From Eledone cirrhosa (taxonomy: Eukaryota), in assembly GCA_964016885.1 (NCBI GenBank), contig OZ024743.1, positions 20,770,001 to 20,834,000 on the forward strand: DNA of 64,000 nt. Direction: 5' to 3'. The position numbers and the translations under genes were made by a program. How positions within the stretch are numbered: the stretch's first letter is position 1; the number at the start of each line of letters is the position of its first letter. The notes under the pieces are model-generated. The model worked only from the letters and a program-made list of their open reading frames with translations. It searched no databases and was not told the origin of the DNA. This document shows positions 52,283 through 64,000 of this stretch, one piece after another.

Positions 52283-52877
52283 TATTTATTATTTTCACAA
52301 GGTTCCATTTATACATACATATGCAAAGATGTTATACATATGTGGGGATAAATGAAAGAAAGTTTTATAAGAATGAGGAAAAAACCCAGAAACATTACAC
52401 AACGTTTTAAGACATTAAATATTTGCACAAAATAGCAAGATAATTTTGTTTTGTATTTGTTTTGCAAGATTCCTGATGTGAAATCGTGTGTTGAAACAGA
52501 TACTTTTATACTTTGGGAGGCTCATACTGCCAAAAACACATACACACCAGTCGAATTTTACTTCAGTTTATTATTTGTATGTATGTAGTCTGTGCATGTG
52601 TGTATCTTTGTACTGCTACTTCCATGAGTTTATGTGTTTGGAATATGTTGCATGCATGTATGCATGTAAATGTGTCTTTATGCCTTGTTTCTTCTCTAAG
52701 TTTTTGTGCATATGTGTGTGTTTTTCCTCCTGTCTCAGGCATGTAACTAGGTTGTTGTTATTTTACTTTTTGTATTCTATGGGGGTGGGGTATATGTTTA
52801 TCTTTGTAGATTTGTCCTTGTGTGTCCTTATATTGTCTTCTGTTGCTATGTTGTGAGGTTATTATTATTCCAGTCAT

Positions 52878-53073
52878 GCGGTGGATTGGCAGTATTATCG
52901 GTAGAGGGTCGGACGCCATGCTTTGAAGCATAGAGTTACCTCCCTTTATGATCTGAGTTCAAATCCCGCCGAGGTTAATTTTGCCTTTCAACCTTACGGG
53001 GTCGATAAAATAAAGTACCAGTAATGCACTGGGTAATTGCTGGCCTTGTACCAAAAGTAGAAACAATTATTAT
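52878..53073 (+). mobile_element. SINE family 1, full length, 19-bp TSD
   Basis: ATTATTATTCCA(G/T)TCATGC at 52861-52879 and 53066-53084. Confidence 0.9.
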
Positions 53074-55001
53074 TCCATTCATGCATTCTATCGAGTTTCA
53101 ATTTACATTCAGTTAAATGTGTGGCTTTCTTAATCTGTCTGAGCATTGCATCTATTTTGCATGTAGATTTGATTTTTATTTCATGCTTTCTAATCGTACC
53201 ATGTCATAGCTTGGCATATTGGTAGAGCACTGATGAGTTTTTCTCATCTTGTACTTCTCACCAGTGCTCCTTCCTCCTTTTTCCTATAATGCCTGCTATT
53301 TCACATCTACATGTTGTGGTCATGTATCTATATTGTCCCTATGTGCATCATATGCTATAAACTACATTTCTAGTTTTACACTTTATTTCTGGGCTTATTT
53401 TTTAGACTATACAATTTCTATCTGTACAGGGAGTTTTCTTAAAAATCAGAGGCACAAAACACTTGAAAGAGAAACAAGATATAAAGACACATATACACAT
53501 GCCAAACACAGAAGCTTGTGGCAGTAGCAGCACACAAAGACACATATACATACACACACTTGCACAGACCACATACATACCACACAAAGACAAGATCAGA
53601 GATTCAGAGGATCAAGAATAGTCATTGAGAAGGTCACGGGATATGTGACCAAAGAACTGTAACAATTAACAATCTAACAACGACTCGTTTGCTAATCTAA
53701 TCAATGAATGGATTAATTTCAGAACTGATATCACACTGAAGGGAAACTCAACTGGTCTATGCATTTTTTTGTGGGGTGGGGTGGGTGGGGTGTATGTCCT
53801 TCCCAAAGTATAACAGAGTTAGATAATTATTATATAAAAACAGATACAATTACAAAAGTAAGGAAAAAGAACAACAAATGTGGTTACCTTAGAACCTATT
53901 TATCCAAACACATCAATGAGAATTTTCTGAATTGTACAAAGGTAGTAGCACTTCATGTCTTTCAGGGAAATAATTTTCAAGTTTTGATAATTTATTAGTG
54001 GGATATTCACAAATATTTTATTTGATCCTCCATTATTTTTCATCTTCTAGCCTTATTTCTGCCATTCCATTTAACATATTTTTACTTGAAGCCCTTTACC
54101 AGTTCTGGTAGGAAATCATTGGGGCTTTACACAACCATGAAATTCATGTCCAGAGAAAGGTCCTTCTTAATTGCTTTCCGTTGGAGTAAACCTTTCATTT
54201 TGTTGTCTTGTTTCTGTTCCTATTGTTTGCATTGCCTTTTATAGTTTTGTTGTTTTCCCCTTCTGTTAGTTATGTCTTCTTCATTGTTACAAAATGCTAT
54301 GGCATGACTGGTTAAGGTGGTCATCGGCTTTTCTTGTTGTCTGCTTCTTTATGATCTGCATTTGGGAGTGTGAATGAGATCAGTCTTTCATCTATCTAAG
54401 GGCTGCAACTTGTGGTGCAAAAACGAGAGCCCCAAGGACTTGCTCTAGTTGTTGCTAGCTCAAATGCTCTCTTTTTTTTCTCTGTTTCTCAAGTTGTTCC
54501 AGACAGAAATCCTTCATGTGGCACTTACTACCACATATACAAATTTAGTCTTCTCTTTTGCATAACCCATCTTATGGCTTTTCATTCCGCACACCTAACA
54601 AAGCACAATTCCAGTATAATTCTATGATCTTCAGGTGTTACTTCCTAGACAATGTTTCTTTGTAGAAACTTGACAGTTATCCACATATGCAAGTCTCACT
54701 TCTCCAGGCCATTAGTGGTGAATAAAGGAAAGGCAAGGAGTATATAGCTTAGCACCTACAATGTCACAGACATACAGAGCACAAAAAACTGAATGTATTA
54801 TGACAGTGTATCGCATTTGATGCTCTACTAATCCCTCCAATCTACCAATCTATGTTGATACTGCAGTTAGTGACTCCCAAAAGAAAAAGACAAAGTTGAC
54901 CTTTGAAGAAACCTAGAACAAGTAATGTGACGAATTTAATCCAATGCTTTAATAACTTCCTCTCCTTTCACATATCCTTCTTTCTCTCTTTGCCTATTGA
55001 T

Positions 55002-55976
<975 letters not shown>

Positions 55977-56299
55977 ACTTCCAGCTCACAAACATTCCTG
56001 TTCTTCATTAGTTGAATATATACCCAACATATAGGATAACAAAAAAATTCAACAACATAAAAAAGTTAGATATTCAGCAAAATTTATATTTTTCCTATCA
56101 CCTCAAATACAGTTATCTCCCCTCGAGAAAATAATTCTCTTCTGTACATTTTTATGAAAACACTTCCAATTGTGAGATACTGGATTTACATGGTCTTTGT
56201 TAAAACTGAGATTCCAGTGCCAGCTTCAATTAGAAAATATTTTTCATTACAGGTCATTACTGTACAGCTGATAGATCATGAATTTCTGAAACTGTAACC

Positions 56300-56794
56300 A
56301 TTTCATTACCATATATCTCATGAAGTGCACTGTATTTGAATTAATGAAGAATTTGAAGGGATTTACTCAAATTGTTAATTATCTTATCATTATGATAGTA
56401 ATTGTAACATGATTTAAGAAAAGGTTATATTACAAGATTTCAATTTAAAATTAAAGTTTCATAGAACCAGAGGCAGTTTTAGAAAGTTTGATATTAAAAA
56501 TGTTAATTAGTGCCATAAAGCTTCATCTGAAAAAAATACAATAATACTGTATTTGAATTAATTAATGAAGAATTTGAAGCGATTTACTAAAATTATTAAT
56601 TATTTCATTATTTAAATAATATTTGTGACACGATTTATCAAAAGGTTTTTATATCAAGATATGGTGGAATATTTCAATTTAAATAGGGACCCTTTAAAAT
56701 GAGTGCTTCTGTTTCATAGATCAGGAGGCATTGTTTTTTTGTTGTTTTTTTGTTTTGTTTTGTTTTGTGTAAGGGTTGGTATCAAAAGGGTTAA
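56300..56794. mobile_element. Decayed TTAA-type MITE(s), internally duplicated
   Basis: ACTGTATTTGAATTAA...TGAAGAATTTGAAG block at ~56329 and ~56546; ends GGTTGGTATCAAAAGGGTTAA. Confidence 0.5.
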
Positions 56795-57880
56795 TTAGTA
56801 CTGTAAACCCTCAGCTGAAAATAATCAGTTATATTCTTCATTATGTATTAAGTACTGTTTCACTTCTTCATTATAAACAACTCACACACATATATATTAT
56901 CATCATCACTATTGTGGTCATCCAATTTTCCATGCTAGCATGGGTAGATGGGGCATTTTGAAGAAGCATTTTACAGCCCTTCCTGACATTATCTCTTTTA
57001 ATCACCTTTTATGATATGTAGATATATAGTGTACCTATTCTAAAAATTGGAATACACACTGAATATATATATATATACCAGAATGGAGGCAGTAAAAACC
57101 AGTTAGACCATTACTCAGCTGTTGAAATGGCCAGAGCTCAGCTGTCAGGGTCCCAAATTTTTCATATATATTTATATATATATATACACACACATCCACA
57201 TACACACACATATATATATATATACACCCCACATAGGGTATGTGTGTATTCATGTATGTGTTTATATTAATTTGTATTCTGTGTTCTCGCTATAAAGAGA
57301 AAAAAGGAATAGTTCTTTTGTTATAACAAATATAACACAAGGACAAATAAAAGGTTTTAAAAATGCACATTTATTTAAAATAGAAACTCTGTTTTTATTT
57401 CTCATGGACTATTGCACATTATTGCATCTAATATTGGAAACAAGTGCAACAGTTAAGTTTTGTTATAAAAAATTAAAATCTGATAGTAAAAAGAACGTTA
57501 CTTGTTACATTTTGTATCTATCTTATTTTCAGTTTGTTTTATTTGTTGCTTTTAAACGATTAAACTTTGTTTTTCCCATTCATTTTCTTCAAAATCAATA
57601 TATTTAGATATTTTAAACAACCCAGCTTGTTTGGCATTTAATCTCATCTAATAGATTGGGTTATCTGCTTGTTTAGAATTTAAAATTCAGCATTTTCTGG
57701 ATAAATGAAGGATTTTACAATATTGTAAAATATTGAGTTCTTATCAAATAGATATGAATGAGTAAAACCAGTTACATTATATTATAATGCCATTGAAAAA
57801 GAAAATAATTATTATTTGCAAAATGTACCATTGTTGTAAAGAATTGAACAATTTTTTATTTTGTTTGTGTTTGTTTCAAG

Positions 57881-58042
57881 GTGCTGAAATGGCTATTGAC
57901 TGGGTGAATGCAGACACTAATGTCCTGCCAAATCATGAACTAATCCTTTTAATAAAGGATACTCAATGTCGAACAGATGTAGCCATGCGTTCATTTATCG
58001 ACTTAGCTACAAATACCACTATTCCTATTGCCGGTATTCTCG
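57881..58042 (+). CDS. Internal exon of a Venus-flytrap (ANF-receptor) domain receptor; best guess Venus kinase receptor, alternatively GABA-B-like or receptor guanylyl cyclase
   Basis: T-rich acceptor TTTCAAG| and donor G|GTAAGT, 162 nt, phase 1-1; peptide AEMAIDWVNADTNVLPNHELILLIKDTQCRTDVAMRSFIDLATNTTIPIAGILG fits the VFT motif A.EMA...VN....LP.Y.L.....D..C. Confidence 0.85.
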
Positions 58043-59901
58043 GTAAGTAATTTTATTATGTACTTTCAAAATAAAAATTTTTTTTTTTTTTCTTTCAACA
58101 CTGTATGTGTTCTTGAAGCATACTCCTTATGTAAATTTTAATAATCCGATTATACTCCAAAATTAATATGGATTCTAATGATAAATTGTTGCTTTGGGCC
58201 AAACTTTAAATTATATGGAAAAATTATCAAATATATAATAAACAAAAGGAAACATATATAATTTTAGCAAGAATATAAATTCTACCATTTAGCAATCAAT
58301 AATAGAATAACTGATCATGATCTTCTGCTAAAACAGCCTATTCAGTTGAAATCCACATCCACACAACCCCCAATAAAAGAATAATTGGTTTCGAAAATCA
58401 TTGCTCCTTTATTGAAAAAAGATAAAATTGAATCTGTTAAAAAATAGTTAAAGGATAGGAAATCTAAGCTGGTTTCAATAATGATATATATGTCTGAACA
58501 ATACCACATCAAATGGATCAAAATTTTCTTAATGCCACAGTGAATTTTGCTGAATTTCAGGAAAAGGAATATCCTGAGCCATAGATTTCACGTCTATAAG
58601 CTAAGAACATTATCTTAATCTGATAGTAGGTCAGATGTGAAAGTTGATAATAAGAACAACAAATCGCAAAGCTACAAAAATATGAGAAAGAATACTTAAT
58701 CGTCACTACTACAATGATACAAGCCCAGAGAAAGAGGGAGATTGCTTTCTGTCAGGTGGAACCCCCAGGCACAAGCCATTTTGGGATTCCAGCAGACAGA
58801 ATAGAGAAAGCATTGCCTCAGAGAATAGCAAATGAGGCATGTTGAAATCACCATTCCAACTTGAGGTGTTCACTTATGCAGGTGGCCAGCTCTACACCAA
58901 TATGGCGGAAGTCTTGATCTCTACAGATTTAATAATTAACCTATAAGAAACCAGCTGATATTTCAACAGTTTGCAAACTTCGGCTGGTTGAGAAATGAAA
59001 CCTGAATCTGTTGCAAAACGCACCAGGTTGCTGTTGAAGAATGTGTTGCTGCATGTTGCATTTCAGGTGTGTGGCTTAACCAGAGTGAAATAGAAAGATC
59101 TATTCTTCAATTGCTCATGCTGCATTGTTTGTTAAATATTAAATATATAGAGATTCATTAACATCCGTTTTACTATGCTAGCATAAGATGAATGAGGTGC
59201 ATATTGTCACTCATTTTAATCTTGTATAATTATATCTGCAAGCCAAACATCTTCAGATTTCTTATTACTACTGCTTCTCATATTTTGCCCTGAGATTTCT
59301 TATTACTACTACTTGTGTCTTTCTCTGTATTCCTCTACTATAAATATCTATATTACTGTCAGCACAGATACATTCCATTGTACTTCCATATCAGTGAAAC
59401 CATATTGGTTGATGATGTTAATGTTCTTTCTCATCTCACTTATGCTCTGCCTTCCATGCTAGTTAATATCACATATCTAAATTCTGTGTTCACTACCATG
59501 TAGAATTACACATTTCATGCATGTTATAAACTGCTATTGCATAAGGGCCTTTAGTAATATGAAACTTTATTAAATATAATATGTTTCAATTTACCTTCCT
59601 TAAGAACTATGTTCCAATAGTTTCTGCATTAGTACCTTTAGTTGAAAAGATACCATGCTTAAATATCAATCAATGTTTTTTTCTTTTTTGGGGGATGTCA
59701 GTTAAAGGGGTATTTTATTAATACCACATTGTCTAGAATGTATATAATGAATAAGACTATGCAGTTAGATAGAGTACTAAAACACAAAAGAAAAAAATTG
59801 GAAATAATAAGGGAGCAAAAGGGAGAAGACTCGCACACTCAATCACAAGGCAGAAGACTCGCACACTCAATTACAAGACACATTCAAGCATCCTTCTAGT
59901 A

Positions 59902-60085
59902 ATGTTTGAGGCAAGCCAATATACACATAGTATTGCCACAGGTAATAGCAACGCTAAAGCAATGGAATAAGCAAGCACTCCCTCGGGCATCACCTCGTAC
60001 ATCAGTAAGGCAAGCCAACAATGATAACAAGAACTCCCTTTTCAGTGACCCAACTTCTCAAATGTCTTCAATGCTACAGCTTGGA
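59902..60085. repeat. Unclassified dispersed repeat (copy of 29857-30020)
   Basis: Shared motifs in register with 29857-30020. Confidence 0.65.
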
Positions 60086-60444
60086 AAAAGTAGAAAAATT
60101 AAATATAAATTATATGCAAAAGTTCAATTTATAAAGTTTACACATCTTTATTTATCCCATAGAATTCAAGTATCAGTGATTGAATAGTTTTTGTTTTATT
60201 GTAATGTTTTTGTAATTCTCACCATTCTGTCATAACCTCATTATCATACGTATATTATAGTTTGAGAATCTGATTCACAGAGAAATCTGCTCTGATATCT
60301 GTGATGGTGTGTTACAGTTATCAATTGCTTGTCCAATACCTAAATGTTCTTTTAATTTCTCATTAAAAATATAATTTTGTTACTAGAAATGTTATAGTAC
60401 CCTTTTCTGAGAAAACCATTTGTCTCTCATAATATTTAAAAAAA

Positions 60445-60958
60445 AAACAATAATAATAATTGTTTCTACTTTTTGGCACAAGGCCAACAATTACCAAGTG
60501 CATTACTGGTACTTTATTTTATCGACCCCGTAAGGATGAAAGGCAAAGTTAACCTCGGCGGGATTTGAACTCAGAATGGCAAGGGCCGTAACTATGCGTC
60601 AAAACATGGCGTCCGACCCTCTACCGATACTGCCAATCCACCACCAAAAACAATAATAATAATTGTTTCTACTTTTTGGCACAAGGCCAGCAATTACCCA
60701 GTGCATTACTGGTACTTTATTTTATCGACCCCGTAAAAACAATAATAATAATGGTTTATGATTTAGGCACAAGGCCAACAATTTTGGAGGAAAGGGAAAG
60801 TCGATTAAATTGACACCAGTACATTACTGGTACTTATCGACCCTCATAAGGATGAAAGGCAAAGCTATCCTCAGTGTGATTCGAACTCAGAACTTAAAGG
60901 GCCGTAACTCTATGTTTCTAAGCATGGTGTTCGATGCTGCACCGGTTCTACCAATCCA
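60445..60958 (-). mobile_element. Three stacked SINE family 1 copies
   Basis: Approx. 60461-60645, 60664-60733 and 60752-60958; AAAAACAATAATAATAAT occurs three times as junction/TSD. Confidence 0.9.
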
Positions 60959-62107
60959 AATGAATATGATAAAGGTTTTAAAATATGTCTGATATTACTT
61001 TGAATAAACAGTAAACACATTAAATTATATTCATATTGATTTTCATTCCTTAAATTTTCTGTGGGGTTTTAATAAGAAAAGTGTGGATTAAAAGAATAAA
61101 ATTCTAACTTATATATAATTTGAAAAATAAAGTTCCCTTTTGTTTTTTAGTAAGTAGATATTCAAAGATTCAGGAAAATGTACACATTGTTAATTTACAG
61201 CAATTTTGAAATGTGTAATTATTAAATTCCTATCTTATAATAGATTGTTTTGTATACAAGTAATGAAACAAAACTAAATTAGAGATATTTTCTTATAGCT
61301 GAATACTTTCTGTTTTCAAGAATTATTCTCAATGATTTGGTTTTTAAAAAATTAATGACTTGTATGTAACTGACAGATTAAATTTAGCAATAGTTTTGAA
61401 AATTAGTGTTTACATATTTTAAAATATATTTTATATGTATAAAACTGTTTATATACATATCGTTCATATATTTTAAATTAGATTATATATATATATATGT
61501 GTGTATATAATGTTTATATACATATTTTTCATATATTTTTGATATATTCTACATAGATATTGTTTATATATATAAACTGGCTTAATTCGGATCTAGCTGT
61601 CGAAACAGCCGGAGCTCAGCCATCGGGGTTCTGACTCTTTTCCCATATATATATTACGTATATTTATAGGTAGTGAAAATGCTTTATAAATAATGAACAA
61701 ACAACTTAACTGAAACAAGTATAGAGTCTGTGTTTTTATCATGAAACATTATTCCTAAATGAATCCTAAAATTCTACGTAAATTAGCTATTAATTTCCTC
61801 CAGCCTTATATAATAAAACAGCTAGACTTGTGTATGATGACCCTTTACACTGTTCAAGTATAAAATATATTATAGTACCACTTAGGTATCTTCTCTAGCT
61901 TCAGACACCCAAACATTCCACACTACATAAAAAAGGCCATTTAGTTAATTGGCAAAGATTCACTCACCGAAACACAACACATGATAGCCCATATATATGT
62001 TTTTTCTTCACTCTGTTTTTTCCTCTAATAACTTCTATCCTCAGAACTAGCAAGCTTTAATACTACTTTCAGCCAAGCAGAGACAATCCAATTATCTTTC
62101 CTACCTT

Positions 62108-62201
62108 ACCAATAAACCCTGCAATTGCCCTGTCCTTCTTTCTTGGTACACACCACTTGCAGGTTTCTCCTTGTTCACATATTCAGTATAGAAATCAACT
62201 C
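62108..62201 (+). repeat. ~94-bp direct repeat, copy 1 (copy 2 at 63694-63787)
   Basis: AATAAACCCTGCA(A)TTGCCCTGTCCTTCTTTCTTGGTACACACC...TAGAAATCAACTC nearly identical in both. Confidence 0.95.
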
Positions 62202-62315
62202 ATGTATGTTCATCCCAAAGATTAACTATTTTTGCATGTTGGCATGGGCTAAATTTTTTATGTGTATGTGCGTGTGTGCATATACATGAGTTTGGATGTG
62301 ACCACACATGTAAAC

Positions 62316-62399
62316 TTGCATATCTGAAGAGGTGTCGATTAAGAGTCGGTACCTGATCAAACCCAAGCTGATCGATATTGAAACAGTTGTAATATGCAA
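62316..62399 (+). ncRNA. Type I hammerhead ribozyme, intact catalytic core
   Basis: Stem I TTGCATAT/ATATGCAA (8 bp); CTGAAGA 62324-62330; stem II GGTGTCGATT/GATCGATATT (10 bp incl. 4 G-U); GAAAC 62380-62384; loop AGTT; triplet GTA 62389-62391. Confidence 0.8.
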
Positions 62400-62430
62400 T
62401 AAAGTTTCATAAGCTGCAAATCAGACTTAT

Positions 62431-62436
62431 TCTCTC

Positions 62437-62523
<87 letters not shown>
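62431..62523. repeat. (CT)n followed by (ATC)n retroelement tail
   Basis: Direct observation. Confidence 0.95.
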
Positions 62524-62910
62524 ACGTTTAACGTCCGTGTTCCACGCTTGCATGGGTTTGGACGGGGGTTTTCCCACTTGAGGCAAGAGTGATTATCTTG
62601 CTTGCATAGGACTATCTGGCGGGTTTTCTACAGCTGGATGCCCTTCCTAACACCAACCACATTTACAGTGTGGGGCTGGGAGGTTTTTACCATGTTGCCT
62701 ACATGGCCACATTATAGCATGGACTGTCTGGCGGGTTTTCTACAGCTGGATGCCCTTCCTAACACCAACCACATTTACAGTGTGGGTCTGGGAGGTTTTT
62801 ACCGTGTTGCCTACACGGCCACATTACAGCGTGGACTGTGTGTTTTTTTGTTGTGACACCTACACGATCTCATTTGTTTCGGCCTGGATGTTGTGGCACC
62901 AACATAACTT
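62490..62910 (-). mobile_element. RTE-related 3' module with ~112-bp internal tandem duplication
   Basis: Aligns with 36679-36985; GGACT.TCTGGCGGGTTTT...GGCCACATTA unit occurs twice (62609-62720 and 62721-62832). Confidence 0.8.
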
Positions 62911-63693
62911 TTATATATATATATATATATTTATTTATTTATTGGTGATGATATATATATGTGTGTATATAAGATGACAGCTATTTAAGGAAGTGCAGAG
63001 CAGTCTCAGGGGGGGGGGGGGGCTTGTCAAAGAGGCAGACCCATGAAGACATGGGGTGAAGTAGTGGAAACTAGCAGAGCCTATGACAAAAGACCATGGA
63101 GATTGACAACATGCTGTACTGATAAAAACTTGCCTGCCATAAAATGTGACTCCATCTGATTCATCCATGTGCCGATCTTGCCACTATCATACTTTAGTGG
63201 CTATTTCCACTTCCTCTGTACATCCCCATTCAATTCATAGCTTCCTCTCCATTATCATCCTGTAGTAGCTACACTCACTATTAATTTGCTACACCACCCA
63301 TACGCCTCGATTATCATCATCCCTCTTAAATCCTAGAACCCACACTCTCCCCAGAATCACTCCTACTCCTCTAAAATTCTGACATACCAGTATTAATCCC
63401 TTTATAGTTCGTACTACCATGATATCAGAGGTCACCCCCACCCCACCTGCCTACTAAACACCTTGTCATATTCCCCCATCTCAATGCATTACACCTATTA
63501 CATACTTATCATCCTTCTTGTCAATCACTCTCATAGGGTAGAGAGGGTTCTTCAGTTGGTGCTGGTGCCAGGAAAAATTCCTCAGTACTCCCTGTAAGGT
63601 AGATGGTGATAGAAAGGGCAGTTTGCTGTAGAAACCGTGTCAAATAATGGTTGAGAGGGTTTCTCTAGTGTTGGTAATCTACATGATAAATGC

Positions 63694-63787
63694 ACCAAAT
63701 AAACCCTGCATTGCCCTGTCCTTCTTTCTTGGTACACACCACTTGCAGGTTTCTCCTTGTTCACATATTCAGTATAGAAATCAACTC
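63694..63787 (+). repeat. ~94-bp direct repeat, copy 2
   Basis: Matches 62108-62201. Confidence 0.95.
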
Positions 63788-64000
63788 TATATATTTTTTA
63801 ATGGTATATATAACAACATAGTGATTGTTAGTTAAGAGATTAATTCTGAGTAGTTGAAGTACTGATGCCATGATAAGATACACCAAATACACTCTGAAAA
63901 GTGATTGGTATTAGAAAGATGATCAAGTTATAGGAATCACATTAAATATGAAACAAAAGCTAGACATAGTTTCAATGGTGTCTAGTCTCACAACATGATG

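Overview
AT-rich animal genomic DNA, almost entirely intronic or intergenic. The SINE and RTE families suggest a cephalopod, probably an octopus (inference). Only one host exon is supportable: a 162-nt phase-1/phase-1 exon (57881-58042, +) encoding part of a Venus-flytrap (ANF-receptor) domain, which best resembles Venus kinase receptors or GABA-B-type receptors. The rest is a mosaic of truncated RTE-clade LINEs, two tRNA-derived SINE families, TTAA-flanked MITEs, Gypsy and Chapaev3-like relics and microsatellites, including a 942-bp pure (CA)n. Most ORFs in the track are LINE fragments, antisense shadows or repeat translations. The main hidden signal is a set of short non-coding elements embedded in microsatellites that fold by eye into type I hammerhead ribozymes (62316-62399 +, 14829-14937 +, 34574-34706 -, plus degenerate copies). 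One lies in a 609-bp unit with a 226-bp terminal redundancy, i.e. a retrozyme/Penelope-like system. A second signal is foldback duplication of host flank, centred on (TA)n, directly abutting RTE 3' tails. All alignments and folds were done by eye and repeat boundaries are approximate.
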